The position numbers and the translations under genes are program-made. A stretch of DNA of 64,000 nucleotides, from the NCBI GenBank assembly GCA_945877765.1, contig CAMDWQ010000004.1:44558-108557 (forward strand). Reading direction: 5' to 3'. Shown here in pieces: positions 1 to 9,711 of the stretch (the stretch's first letter is position 1; each line of letters opens with the position of its first letter). The stretch comes from Candidatus Omnitrophota bacterium (GTDB lineage: Bacteria; Omnitrophota; Gorgyraeia; 2-02-FULL-51-18). The notes under the pieces were generated by a model, which was not told the DNA's origin, searched no databases, and saw nothing but the letters and a program-made list of their open reading frames with translations.

Positions 1-843
1 ATCCACCATTTTCACTCCAATGACATCTGGGAAATAGGACAGCGCGGCGGTAAGCGCGACAAAGTGGCCGTCGCCGCTCTTTGCCTGGGGCTTTTTTCTC
101 TCTGTGGCATATTCCCCTTTGCTGGCTTTTTCTCCAAAGACCTCATCCTCGAAGTCTTGCGCGAACATAATCTTTTTTTCTATATTGCCGCCATCCTGGT
201 TAGCTTTCTGACGGTTTATTATTCTTTCCGAATGCTCTTTGTCATTCTTTTTTCTAAAGAGAAAAAAGATATGCACGCCCATGAGACCGCGCTGGCTCAC
301 CCTCATCATTCCTCTACCGGAGCCATTGAGCTTTGCCGCGTGATCCCTCTAGCGTCGCTGGCGATTATTTCAGTGGTCATGGGGTTTCTGGGTACTGGTT
401 GGTTGGATAGCCGTCTTCTTTTGTGGCTGGGCGGCGAAGAAACTCACGTGAATAGTGAGCTTCTCATCACGACACTTATTCTCATCGTGTCGGGAGCCTT
501 GCTAGCCTATATCTTCTTCAAAAATCCCGAGACTGCCGAAACAAGGCTCACCCAAAGCCGTGGACCTATCAAGACTATCCTGGAGAGAAAATTTTTTATC
601 GACGATGTGTACGAATTTTTGACTAAAAAAGTGGGGATGGGCATCGCTGGTGCCTTCGCGTGGTTTGACCGTAAAATCGCCAAGGAGCTCATGGTCAACG
701 GCACCGCCTACCGTATCTTGGATCTGGGAAAAATAAGCTCTAAAATTCAGGATGGCCTTTTACAGGATTATTTGTCTTGGGCGGTCGGGGTTGGAATTTT
801 AGTGGCCTTTTGGCTTGTGAAATCAAATTCAGGGATATTCTAA
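1..843 (+). CDS. nuoL: NADH-quinone oxidoreductase subunit L, C-terminal part (5'-truncated by window edge)
   Basis: Frame 1 is open from base 1. Polytopic membrane protein with GFFSKD(L)IL and KFFIDDVYE motifs typical of NuoL/ND5. Immediately followed by nuoM and nuoN. Confidence 0.75.
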   Translation: MHHFHSNDIWEIGQRGGKRDKVAVAALCLGLFSLCGIFPFAGFFSKDLILEVLREHNLFFYIAAILVSFLTVYYSFRMLFVILFSKEKKDMHAHETALAHPHHSSTGAIELCRVIPLASLAIISVVMGFLGTGWLDSRLLLWLGGEETHVNSELLITTLILIVSGALLAYIFFKNPETAETRLTQSRGPIKTILERKFFIDDVYEFLTKKVGMGIAGAFAWFDRKIAKELMVNGTAYRILDLGKISSKIQDGLLQDYLSWAVGVGILVAFWLVKSNSGIF

Positions 844-844
844 A

Positions 845-2302
845 ATGACTTTTCCGATTCTCTCCTCCATTCTTCTGTGTCCGGTGATTGGCCTCATTCT
901 CGTACTCTTTATGCCGCCCAAGCAGGAAAATGCAATTCGTGTGATATCCCTTCTATCGGCTGCCGCAAGTCTTGTGCTTTCGCTGTGGCTGTGCTTTCAT
1001 TTTAATAGCAGTAATCCCGCCTTCCAATTTGTGGAACACGTGGAATGGGTTAAAAGCTACGGCATCAACTACGCCATGGGCGTTGATGGCTTAAATATCT
1101 CGATGATTCTATTGACCGCGATCGTGATCTTTTGCGGTGTCCTGGTTTCGTGGACAGTGACTTACCGCGTCAAAGATTTTTTTGCCAATCTGCTGTTTCT
1201 GGTTGCCGGCGTATTTGGTGTCTTTATGACGACAAATCTTTTCTTTTTCTTTCTTTTTTATGAAATCGCGGTTATCCCCATGTATCTTTTAATTGTTGTC
1301 TGGGGGTCTACAGACAAGGAATATGCCGCCATGAAGCTGACCTTGTACCTACTTTTGGGCAGCGCGTTAATGTTTGCCGGCTTTCTTTATATGTACTCTT
1401 TGCCGGGAGGGCACACGTTTGACCTGGTGGCTCTCAAGCAAAACGTCCTCTTCACACCCGAGCAACAAAACATTCTTTTTCTGGGGCTCTTCCTTGGTTT
1501 TGGCGTCTTAGCCGCCTGTTTTCCGTTCCACGTCTGGTCGCCTGCCGGTCACGTCGCAGCGCCCACAGCGGCAAGCATGCTGCACGCGGGCGTCTTGATG
1601 AAACTAGGGGCTTATGGCATCTTACGCGTGGCGGTATTCTTGCTTCCTGAGGGAGCTCGTCATTGGGCAGATTTGATCGCGGTGCTGGCGCTTTGCAATA
1701 TTGTTTACGGTGCCTTTGTGGCAACCCAGCAAAAAGACTTAAAATATATCATCGGCTATTCCAGTGTCAGCCATATGGGTATCGTGCTGCTAGGGATTGC
1801 CACCATGACGCCCACCGGCTTCAACGGTGCTATCTTTCAGATGTTTTCGCATGGCATCATGACCGCCCTTTTCTTTGCCTGTGTTGGTCCTATCTATGAC
1901 CAATGCCACACGCGCATGCTGGGTGATCTGGGCGGACTAGCGAAGAAAGCACCAATCATCTCTACCTTTTTCATCATCGCCGGTCTGTGCGGCCTTGGAT
2001 TGCCAGGCATGGGAAGTTTTGTTGCCGAACTCTTAGTCACCATCGCCGCCGTTAGCGCCTACCCATTAATCGGTGTTATTTCTATTATTGCGCTTCTAAT
2101 AACGGCTTATTACGTCTTGAGCGCCGTGCAAAAAGTATTTTATGGACCTTTGAGCCCTGCCGGCGAACACCTGCATGATATCGGCGCGTTTCAGTTTGTT
2201 CCTCGCGCTGTCCTGGTAGGCTGCCTGCTATTTTTTGGAATCTTTCCTGGGATTTTCATCGAGTGGATTTCAGTTTACACCAAAACTCTTTTAGGCGGCT
2301 AA
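845..2302 (+). CDS. nuoM: NADH-quinone oxidoreductase subunit M
   Basis: 485 aa polytopic protein of the ND4 family. Start lies 2 nt after the nuoL stop. Conserved GYSSVSHMG-like segment. Confidence 0.9.
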   Translation: MTFPILSSILLCPVIGLILVLFMPPKQENAIRVISLLSAAASLVLSLWLCFHFNSSNPAFQFVEHVEWVKSYGINYAMGVDGLNISMILLTAIVIFCGVLVSWTVTYRVKDFFANLLFLVAGVFGVFMTTNLFFFFLFYEIAVIPMYLLIVVWGSTDKEYAAMKLTLYLLLGSALMFAGFLYMYSLPGGHTFDLVALKQNVLFTPEQQNILFLGLFLGFGVLAACFPFHVWSPAGHVAAPTAASMLHAGVLMKLGAYGILRVAVFLLPEGARHWADLIAVLALCNIVYGAFVATQQKDLKYIIGYSSVSHMGIVLLGIATMTPTGFNGAIFQMFSHGIMTALFFACVGPIYDQCHTRMLGDLGGLAKKAPIISTFFIIAGLCGLGLPGMGSFVAELLVTIAAVSAYPLIGVISIIALLITAYYVLSAVQKVFYGPLSPAGEHLHDIGAFQFVPRAVLVGCLLFFGIFPGIFIEWISVYTKTLLGG

Positions 2303-2303
2303 C

Positions 2304-3725
2304 ATGACCCTTCTTTTCTTACCTGAAATGATGCTTTCTTTTCTATCGGTGGCCCTTCTATGCTTAACGCTGCTTAAAAATCAGAAAAGCGAGAAATTCC
2401 TTTCCAATTTCATGCTGCTAAGCGGCTTACTTCTGATGGCGGGCTGTCTTCTGAGCTTAAATCTTACCGGCAGTCTTTTTTCTAACACGTATCGCGTCGA
2501 TCTTTTTTCTCAAGGATTTAAAACCATTACCGCGCTGGCGTTTCTTCTGACCGTTCTTTTGGCTGCCGAATGGAACCAAATCCCAAAGAACCGCCTTGTT
2601 GAATTTTATCTATTCCTGACCACCGGAGCCCTTGGCATGATGATGATGGCAAGCGCTGTGGACGTGCTTTCGCTTTTTGTCGCCATTGAGCTTTCAGCCT
2701 ATTCTCTCTACCTTTTAGCCGCTTTAAAAGTGGGCTCTCGTAATGCCGAATCTAGCGTCAAATACCTGATTTTTGGCGCTACCACAAGCGGCGTGGCGCT
2801 TTGGGGACTAAGCCTGGTGGTGGGCCTTACCGGCTCCACATCGATCGCTGAAATTCTTGCAAGCCCCGCAGCGCTTTCAGGGCAGCCTGCTTTTGTGATA
2901 GGCTTGGCACTATTCTCTCTTTCCCTTCTTTTTAAACTCTCAGGATTCCCCCTGCAATTCTGGGCGCCGGATGTCTATGAAAGCGCCTCGACACCCGCGG
3001 TCAGCTTTATTGCAACCGCTTCTAAAGCAGCGGCTGTGACGGTACTTATACGGCTTTTTTTCATCTCCGGGATGCCGGCGGCATTTTCGATGGCTCTGGG
3101 GGTTTTAGCATTCATTTCAATGACTCTGGGGAACACCGCAGCGCTTCTACAGACAGACGTCAAACGCCTTTTGGCTTACTCCAGCATTGCCCAAGCCGGC
3201 TATATTCTTGTCGGTCTCTTATCAGGCAGCGCTAACGGCATGTCTACCGCTTTTTTTTACGCCTTCGCCTACGTTCTGATGAACTCGGCGGCTTTTTTAG
3301 TTCTGACCCTCGTGGCGAAATCTGCCGGGCACGACAATCCTCAGATTTCGCATTTTGACGGTCTAGCCGAGCGCTCCCCATTTTTGGCTCTCATGCTGCT
3401 CTTAAGTCTCTTGTCTCTGGCAGGCATACCGCCACTTATAGGCTTCACAGGAAAATGGATTTTATTTTCTTCGGCAATGGAAAAAGGGCACTGGTTTTTA
3501 GTTTTATGGGCGGTACTAAACAGCGTGGTGTCGCTTTTCTACTACCTGACGATCGTTAAGCATGCTTATATCACTAAACCTAAAGATACGTCCCCGCTCG
3601 AGGTGCCTATCCGTCTACGCGTCGCAGCCATAGGCCTTTGCGCTGCCTTAGTTTTGATGGGAATTTTCCCCGGCTATTTCATTTCTTTTGCTGAGCACGC
3701 AGTGGCTCTGGGCTTGATTCGATAA
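2304..3725 (+). CDS. nuoN: NADH-quinone oxidoreductase subunit N
   Basis: 473 aa polytopic protein of the ND2 family. Start lies 2 nt after the nuoM stop. Last gene of the nuo operon. Confidence 0.9.
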   Translation: MTLLFLPEMMLSFLSVALLCLTLLKNQKSEKFLSNFMLLSGLLLMAGCLLSLNLTGSLFSNTYRVDLFSQGFKTITALAFLLTVLLAAEWNQIPKNRLVEFYLFLTTGALGMMMMASAVDVLSLFVAIELSAYSLYLLAALKVGSRNAESSVKYLIFGATTSGVALWGLSLVVGLTGSTSIAEILASPAALSGQPAFVIGLALFSLSLLFKLSGFPLQFWAPDVYESASTPAVSFIATASKAAAVTVLIRLFFISGMPAAFSMALGVLAFISMTLGNTAALLQTDVKRLLAYSSIAQAGYILVGLLSGSANGMSTAFFYAFAYVLMNSAAFLVLTLVAKSAGHDNPQISHFDGLAERSPFLALMLLLSLLSLAGIPPLIGFTGKWILFSSAMEKGHWFLVLWAVLNSVVSLFYYLTIVKHAYITKPKDTSPLEVPIRLRVAAIGLCAALVLMGIFPGYFISFAEHAVALGLIR

Positions 3726-3732
3726 TCGCGTT

Positions 3733-4626
3733 TTAACCGCTGCCTGAATTTTTTTCCTGCATTGCTTTTTCAAAAAAATAGACCGTCATCACGGTATTTC
3801 CTTTAAAAGAAGGGACAAGCAGATCGTTTCTTTTGCGGTCACAGGAAATATCTGCAGGCGTTGTCAGATTTTTTTGAAAAATACCTAGCTCACCGCGACC
3901 GTAGGACGGTATTTTATAAATCTCCCCTTTGTCAAAGCTTGAGACATAAAGATTTCCTTGGGAATCATAATCAATGCCGTCCAAGCTGGACAGGCCTTTC
4001 TGTAAAACAATCCTTGTCCCAGCCGCATCAATTTCAAAAATTTCTCCCGACTTAAACGTGACCACCATCAGATTCTTGTTTTCCGGGTTAAACACTAAGC
4101 CATTGGGGTTCCCGAGTTCACTCCCCTTTTTAAAGATAGTTAGCTTGTTGTCGGAGCGAATATCCATTTTTAAGATCTGATCCCCCAGCATATCACTGAC
4201 ATAGACTCCGCGTTCACCGTCGTAAGCAATATCATTTAAAAATTTTGCTCCCAGCGGACTGGCGTCAATCACCCTAATCAGACTTCCTGTTCGCTTATTA
4301 AAAACTCTTACCACATCAATATCCGTCGTCCAGAGCTCGCTACCCATCACCAGAAGGCCTTTGGGGGCATTTAAAACCACTCCATCCGCCTTACCGCCAA
4401 TAAATTTTTGAACTGCGATGTTTCCGTTGGCGCTTATCTTGGAAATGTACCCGTTTCCATCCTTATCTAGCGGGCCGCCTTTAATGTTGGAAACGTAATA
4501 AATCCCCGTCTCGGGGTCCGAAACAAAACTCTCAGGAACTTCAAAATTGGAACGTGTAAAACACTGGGCGGATGGTAAAAACAATAGCGACAGAAACAGA
4601 AAGCTGAAGTTTATTTTTTTGATCAT
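3733..4626 (-). CDS. Secreted beta-propeller protein (SMP-30/gluconolactonase/LRE-like or NHL-repeat-like)
   Basis: N-terminal signal peptide MIKKINFSFLFLSLLFLPSAQC. Repeated blade-like segments (YVSD.., LYVSS..). Fold call is by pattern only. Confidence 0.45.
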   Translation of the reverse strand: MIKKINFSFLFLSLLFLPSAQCFTRSNFEVPESFVSDPETGIYYVSNIKGGPLDKDGNGYISKISANGNIAVQKFIGGKADGVVLNAPKGLLVMGSELWTTDIDVVRVFNKRTGSLIRVIDASPLGAKFLNDIAYDGERGVYVSDMLGDQILKMDIRSDNKLTIFKKGSELGNPNGLVFNPENKNLMVVTFKSGEIFEIDAAGTRIVLQKGLSSLDGIDYDSQGNLYVSSFDKGEIYKIPSYGRGELGIFQKNLTTPADISCDRKRNDLLVPSFKGNTVMTVYFFEKAMQEKNSGSG

Positions 4627-4627
4627 T

Positions 4628-5809
4628 TTAATTGGCGCTCACCTGGAAAAGAAAACCTTTTAGATAATAGGTTTCCGGAATAGCCGGATCTATCGGATGA
4701 TCCATCCCTTGGGACATAAAACGCACTACTTTTAAATTTTTCTTTGTGTCTTGGGCCGCGCTTAACGCCACTTGCATCAGACGATTTTCATCCACGTGGT
4801 AAGAGCATGAAAACAAAGCCAACAATCCCCCTTCTTCAAGAATCTTCATCGCGCGCAGCGAGATTTCTTTAAAACCAGCCATGGCACCATCCAACTCATC
4901 CTTTTTTTTAACAAAAGACGGCGGGTCCAAAATAACCAAATCAAATTTTTCTTTCTTGGCATCAAGCTCTCTTAATTCCTCGAAAACATCCGCCTCCTTA
5001 AATCGTAGTTTTTCCTCCGGAATCCCATTGCGTTGGCGGTGAAGCGTGCCGCGAGCGAGATTGGCGGCTTTTATATCTATACCGGTTACATTTGCCCCGC
5101 CCTTGGCCAAATGAAGCCCAAAACCACCCTCATAACAAAAGGCATCGAGCACACGTCCTTGGATGCCCAGGTTTCGCAGCACCGTTCGGTTTTCCCTTTG
5201 ATCCAAATAAAAACCAGTCTTATGCCCCTCCCCAAATTCAACCAAATACTCAATATCCAATTCACGGACGATCACTTCATCACCGCAATTTTTTTCGATC
5301 CATCCCTTTTTTTCGGCAAGCCCCTCCAGGCGCCTGACTCCCGAATCGCTGCGTTCGTAAATTCCGCGCGAAGGAATAGCGGTTGAAAGGGCTTCTAATA
5401 CTATTGGTTTTAAATTTTCCATGCCAGCCGTCAAAAATTGGACAACCAGCACCTCCGAGTATAAATCCACGATCAATCCTGGCAAACCATCCGCCTCGCT
5501 TGAAATTACCCGAAAAGCATTGGTGTCGTGTATAAAACGGCGACGATAGGCGTAGGCCCTTTCAATCCTCCGGCGGAAATAATCCGAATCGATGGGGTCG
5601 GGGGCTGCGCTAAGTAAGCGCACGGCGATTTGCGAATTCGTGTTGCAATATCCTCGCCCCACATAACGCCCGCGCTCGGTCAATACATCCACCAGTGACC
5701 CGGGCGCGACTTGGACTCCGTTTAGCATCAGCTGGCTGGCGTAAATCCAGGGGTGGCCCGGGCGTAAAGTGCCTTTGGGTGCTCTTTGAAGAAATAATTG
5801 CGGGATCAC
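4628..5809 (-). CDS. rlmI: Class I SAM-dependent 23S rRNA (m5C) methyltransferase, RlmI-like (PUA domain + MTase)
   Basis: 393 aa. N-terminal PUA-like region followed by a Rossmann MTase. VLDAFCYEGGFG and DPPSF motifs. Confidence 0.75.
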   Translation of the reverse strand: MIPQLFLQRAPKGTLRPGHPWIYASQLMLNGVQVAPGSLVDVLTERGRYVGRGYCNTNSQIAVRLLSAAPDPIDSDYFRRRIERAYAYRRRFIHDTNAFRVISSEADGLPGLIVDLYSEVLVVQFLTAGMENLKPIVLEALSTAIPSRGIYERSDSGVRRLEGLAEKKGWIEKNCGDEVIVRELDIEYLVEFGEGHKTGFYLDQRENRTVLRNLGIQGRVLDAFCYEGGFGLHLAKGGANVTGIDIKAANLARGTLHRQRNGIPEEKLRFKEADVFEELRELDAKKEKFDLVILDPPSFVKKKDELDGAMAGFKEISLRAMKILEEGGLLALFSCSYHVDENRLMQVALSAAQDTKKNLKVVRFMSQGMDHPIDPAIPETYYLKGFLFQVSAN

Positions 5810-5815
5810 TTTAAA

Positions 5816-6331
5816 TTATAAACCTTTGGCTTTAAATTTGTGCTCAAAAGGGCGGTTAAAACCATGTGAGCGCGCGTCTTCCTTGTGAAGCGCCGCCTTA
5901 CTCTCTACTCCAGTTTCTTTTAGCATCTCAAGAAACTGTGAATTTTTCAAGACCCTGGCACCACCGCCCCGTGCCATCTCGGTAATCGTGCGATCATTAG
6001 TTACAACAACAAATGCTGTGATGGCCTTATTGTCATAGATAAATTTTTCAATATAGTGGTCGGCAGATACTTTTTGGGAGTAAACGGCTTGGAAATAAAT
6101 CGTGGTATGGACTTGGAGTTCCTCAGGATTACCCACCCCATCGAGGACCATACGGACTTTCGTTTTCTTAAAAGCAGCAAACCCAGCCAATACCGAACAC
6201 AGCACCTCTCGGCTAGGAGCCCCGCCAGAGACTAGCGACGGCGGGAGAAAGGGATACGAAACACCCCGCGATGACTTAATATCATGAATCAAATTATAAC
6301 CGTCAATTAGCCACTCTTCGCTCATCATCAT
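5816..6331 (-). CDS. NYN-domain protein, YacP/Rae1-like predicted RNase
   Basis: N-terminal LIDGYNLIH hallmark of the YacP-like NYN domain. 171 aa. Confidence 0.6.
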   Translation of the reverse strand: MMMSEEWLIDGYNLIHDIKSSRGVSYPFLPPSLVSGGAPSREVLCSVLAGFAAFKKTKVRMVLDGVGNPEELQVHTTIYFQAVYSQKVSADHYIEKFIYDNKAITAFVVVTNDRTITEMARGGGARVLKNSQFLEMLKETGVESKAALHKEDARSHGFNRPFEHKFKAKGL

Positions 6332-6359
6332 TAACGGCTATTATAACCTTCTACGGACT

Positions 6360-6584
6360 CTATCTCTCTTCCATTTGGCGAACTAAGTACGCGTCAAGAA
6401 GATCCTTCTTAGAGCGCCATCTTCCGCCGATCTTGAAACCTGGCAAGACACCCTTTTTAAGCCAGCGATAGACTGTCATTTCATGGACGCCCAAATACTT
6501 AGCTACTTCCTTGGTCGTCATGATCTGCGTTCTCTCAGGCCTTTTAAATTCCGGCTGCTTTGACTCCGATCCATTCATGTCCAT
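6360..6584 (-). CDS. Small helix-turn-helix DNA-binding protein (excisionase/MerR-like HTH_17 family)
   Basis: 74 aa. Carries TKEVAKYLGVHEMTVYRWLKKGVLPGFKIGGRWR. A close paralog sits at 7230..7445. Confidence 0.6.
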   Translation of the reverse strand: MDMNGSESKQPEFKRPERTQIMTTKEVAKYLGVHEMTVYRWLKKGVLPGFKIGGRWRSKKDLLDAYLVRQMEER

Positions 6585-6823
6585 ATTCCCACCTCTCCAG
6601 TTAACTCCTATTCACTATATTGGGAGTATAATGTAATAGTTAGTATTTGTCAACTTATTTAAGTAAAAATAATCAATACTATCAAATGAAGGGGTTAAAT
6701 ATTTCATAACTCATTGGAATTGATTGGGTTGCAGCTTCCTGGTACGTGTCGAAATTGTCGTAGAGTGTTTAGGGCTGCATGTATTTATTTGGAAAGAGGC
6801 TCTTGGGCGCCTCAAAAATCTAA

Positions 6824-7192
6824 CTAGTGCGTAAAGGCTTCTTCTACTTTTTGCCTTAAGCTCTCAAGAGATAGAGCGCCTTTTTCAAAAAAATGAAAGT
6901 AGCCCAAGCCGCGAAATTTTTCTTCCACCTCTTCTTCAAGGCAGCCAGACACCACAATCGCTCTGACGGCTGGGTCCATGCCTTGGAGAATAGGCAAAAA
7001 GCTATCGCCTGTCAAAATCGGCATATCAAAATCGAGAATTACCACGCGGTGAGAGTATTTTCTAAAAAGATTAACCGCATCTTCGACATTATTCGCGCAA
7101 TGTACATCATATCCCATCGCTTTGAAATACTCTGCAATCAGCTGGGAAAACCCCGGCTCATCATCGACGACAAGAATTTTCTTTGATGCCAT
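6824..7192 (-). CDS. Stand-alone response-regulator receiver (CheY-like REC only)
   Basis: KKILVVDDEP...VILDFDMP...AIVVSG receiver motifs. Start trimmed to MASKKIL; the ORF-track start at 7261 is an upstream TTG. No output domain. Confidence 0.75.
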   Translation of the reverse strand: MASKKILVVDDEPGFSQLIAEYFKAMGYDVHCANNVEDAVNLFRKYSHRVVILDFDMPILTGDSFLPILQGMDPAVRAIVVSGCLEEEVEEKFRGLGYFHFFEKGALSLESLRQKVEEAFTH

Positions 7193-7229
7193 GTAATTTT
7201 TTGAGCTCGCGCTTAGGCAATCAAACGTC

Positions 7230-7445
7230 TTACTTCTTTTTCGGCTCTGGGGCTCTATCAATCTCTTTCAGAAGGTAGTTATCCAAAACTTCTTTCTTTG
7301 TGCGCCACTGCCCCCCAACCTTAAAACCAGGAAGCTTCTTTTCCTTAAGCAGGCGATACACCGTCATCGAATGAACACCCAAATACTTTGCCACTTCTTT
7401 CAACGTCATGATCTGCGTCCGCTGCGGTCTCTTTTCTTCGGCCAT
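7230..7445 (-). CDS. Small HTH_17-family DNA-binding protein, paralog of 6360..6584
   Basis: 71 aa. RTQIMTLKEVAKYLGVHSMTVYRLLKEKKLPGFKVGGQWR is roughly 70% identical to the HTH core of the 6360..6584 protein. Confidence 0.6.
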   Translation of the reverse strand: MAEEKRPQRTQIMTLKEVAKYLGVHSMTVYRLLKEKKLPGFKVGGQWRTKKEVLDNYLLKEIDRAPEPKKK

Positions 7446-7565
7446 TTCTTTGCCCTTCTCTTTTTGTTAGACTGCCAATTTTTAAAACTCTTGATTTACA
7501 ATAATGGTATAGTACCACAATGTTTATACTATTTGCAATAATTTTTATCATCTATTAACAAAAAC

Positions 7566-8909
7566 TTACTGGGCTTCTTTTGGTGCCTCAGGAGGGGGTT
7601 CGGGGGCAGGTTTATCCAGTTTCTGGACAAATTCAAGAGCTTCGGTTCGACTAGAAATCCTTCTTTCCAGCTGAGCCTCTTCCAGCAACGTCAAAATTTT
7701 TCCAATCAATGGCCCTTGGGCGAAACCAAGCGCCATCACGTCTCGGCCGCTTAAAAATGGCACGGGTTTGATCTCTTCTTTAGAAAGAGTGCTTATCTTT
7801 TTCTTAAGGAAGCGCCAGTTGGCCAAATCCCCATGACTGGCCAGACAATCAATGCGATGCTGTTGAAGCTCCGTCTCAAATGTCGGGCGCTGCATAAATT
7901 TTTTAAGGGTGCTCTCCCGCATGACTCTCACATCCTTAAACCGCATATGCCCCTCGACGCAGGCAACCACTTTTTCTTTAAACTCATTAGAAAAACGAAG
8001 ACGCGTCAGGATGGCCTCGGTCATACGTGCCCCGACCGTATCATGTCCGTTAAAACGAATCCTATCCGCACGCTTGAATGTGGGGGGTTTCCCCACATCA
8101 TGCAAAAGGCATCCAAACGCCAGCACCGGCTCAGGTTTTTTAAGTTGTGCCAGCAAAAGCTTGGTGTGGCGAAAAACATCTCCCTCGGGGTGGTACTTCC
8201 GGGGCTGCTGCACGCCCTTCATACGATCCACTTCAGGCAGCACCTCTTTCAATAGTCCGCTTTTATCTAGCAAGGTCAAAGCCAGCGCAGGGTCAGGACC
8301 TGTAAACATTTTTACCAGCTCATCACGCACGCGTTCCTGGCTTACTTCATGAATTTTTTTGGCAAGCTGGCGTACCGCAGAAAATGTTTTCGCTTCGATT
8401 TTAAATCCCAGCACACTGGCAAAGCGCACAGCACGTAACATTCGAAGCTTGTCCTCGGTAAATCTTTTTTTGGGGTCTCCAATAGCGCGGATTATTTTTT
8501 TCTTAAGATCCTTTTGTCCTCCCACCCAATCAAGTACTTTTTTTGTGACGGGGTCATAAAAAAGACCATTAACGGTAAAATCACGGCGTATTGCATCCTC
8601 CTTAGCGTTGGTAAACTCCACGCTGGAAGGACGCCGGCCATCTTGATAGCCGTGGTCCGCGCGAAACGTCGCGATTTCAAAATTTTCCCCACCCTCGACA
8701 ACAATCATCACGCCAAACTGAGCTCCCACCGGAATCGTGCGCGGAAAGAGGGCTTTCACACGATCGGGCACCGCATCGGTAGCGATATCAAAATCTTTGG
8801 GGTTTTTCTTCAACAATAGATCGCGCACCGAACCGCCAACGAAATAAGCTTCGTGGCCATTCTGGCGCAGGGTTTGGATAATTTGAAGAGCTATGTTTTT
8901 TTTAGTCAT
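7566..8909 (-). CDS. cca: CCA-adding tRNA nucleotidyltransferase with HD domain
   Basis: N-terminal YFVGGSVRDLLL...DFDIAT PolyA_pol head. C-terminal HD region (LLHDVGK). Confidence 0.85.
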   Translation of the reverse strand: MTKKNIALQIIQTLRQNGHEAYFVGGSVRDLLLKKNPKDFDIATDAVPDRVKALFPRTIPVGAQFGVMIVVEGGENFEIATFRADHGYQDGRRPSSVEFTNAKEDAIRRDFTVNGLFYDPVTKKVLDWVGGQKDLKKKIIRAIGDPKKRFTEDKLRMLRAVRFASVLGFKIEAKTFSAVRQLAKKIHEVSQERVRDELVKMFTGPDPALALTLLDKSGLLKEVLPEVDRMKGVQQPRKYHPEGDVFRHTKLLLAQLKKPEPVLAFGCLLHDVGKPPTFKRADRIRFNGHDTVGARMTEAILTRLRFSNEFKEKVVACVEGHMRFKDVRVMRESTLKKFMQRPTFETELQQHRIDCLASHGDLANWRFLKKKISTLSKEEIKPVPFLSGRDVMALGFAQGPLIGKILTLLEEAQLERRISSRTEALEFVQKLDKPAPEPPPEAPKEAQ

Positions 8910-8923
8910 CGTTTAAATAAATT

Positions 8924-8952
8924 AGGGGCGGCCCAGATCGTGGACCGCCCCT
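8924..8952 (-). terminator. Hairpin downstream of the peroxiredoxin gene (candidate intrinsic terminator)
   Basis: AGGGGCGGCC / GACCGCCCCT stem. On the minus strand it is followed by the U-rich stretch AAUUUAUUU. Confidence 0.4.
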
Positions 8953-8973
8953 AAAAATCAGGAACTCAAGCGA

Positions 8974-9513
8974 TTAAAGCGTCTTTTCGCCCGGTTTCCA
9001 TTCGCAGCCCGTATTTTTCCCGGTCTGAAAAGCTTGGATCGTGCGAAGCGTTTCATCGACACTTCTTCCGGCTGAGAGGTCATTCACAACCGCCGACTTC
9101 AAGATGCCGTCCGGATTGATGATAAACGTTCCGCGAAGCGAAATGCCCTTGTCCTCGATCAAAACATTGAAAGAACGCGCCACGCGGTGATTGGTATCCG
9201 CAAGGATCGGAAATTGGATCTTCCCCAGACTTGATTCCGTCCAGGCTTTGTGTGAATAAACGCTGTCCGTGCTGGCCGCGATGACTTCGACACCGAGTTT
9301 GTTGAATTGGTCCAAATGCTTGTTAAAACCCTGAATCTCTGTTGGGCACACAAATGTGAAATCAAGCGGGTAGAAAAATAAAACCACCCATTTGCCTTTG
9401 TAATCAGCAAGCTTTACTTCCTTAAAACTTCCGTCGCCCATGAGCGCCTGGCATGAAAAATCAGGGGCCTTTTTACCAACTTGCAATGCACTGCATTCCG
9501 CTGTTGCTGACAT
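8974..9513 (-). CDS. Peroxiredoxin (2-Cys Prx/AhpC family)
   Basis: FTFVCPTEI peroxidatic-cysteine motif. 179 aa. Confidence 0.85.
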   Translation of the reverse strand: MSATAECSALQVGKKAPDFSCQALMGDGSFKEVKLADYKGKWVVLFFYPLDFTFVCPTEIQGFNKHLDQFNKLGVEVIAASTDSVYSHKAWTESSLGKIQFPILADTNHRVARSFNVLIEDKGISLRGTFIINPDGILKSAVVNDLSAGRSVDETLRTIQAFQTGKNTGCEWKPGEKTL

Positions 9514-9625
9514 AAATCACTTCCTCCTTGTTGTGAAAAATTGAAGCCCTTCAACCAAGCGTTCTGAGGGCGAATAGGACATGATTTTACAACTCCCTCT
9601 TAAGCGAGTCAATTTCAATGTCATT

Positions 9626-9681
9626 CTCGAACGATCCTCGAACGATCCTCGAACGTGCTCGAATGTCCTCGAATGTCATCT
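9626..9681. repeat. Degenerate tandem repeat, period 10-11 bp, about 5 units (TCGAACGATCC-like)
   Basis: tcgaacgatcc tcgaacgatcc tcgaacgtgc tcgaatgtcc tcgaatgtcatc, read directly from the sequence. Confidence 0.6.
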
Positions 9682-9711
9682 CTAATACCATCTCTTCATA
9701 TCACCCCCAGT

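Noticed and set aside
1452-1899. Two ORFs (90 aa minus, 78 aa plus) inside nuoM
   Set aside because: Arg/Cys-rich, low-complexity translations, antisense or out of frame to a highly conserved membrane subunit gene.
7345-7551. 68-aa minus-strand ORF overlapping the second HTH gene start and its upstream region
   Set aside because: It is out of frame with the supported HTH_17 gene and extends into the AT-rich promoter region. No support.
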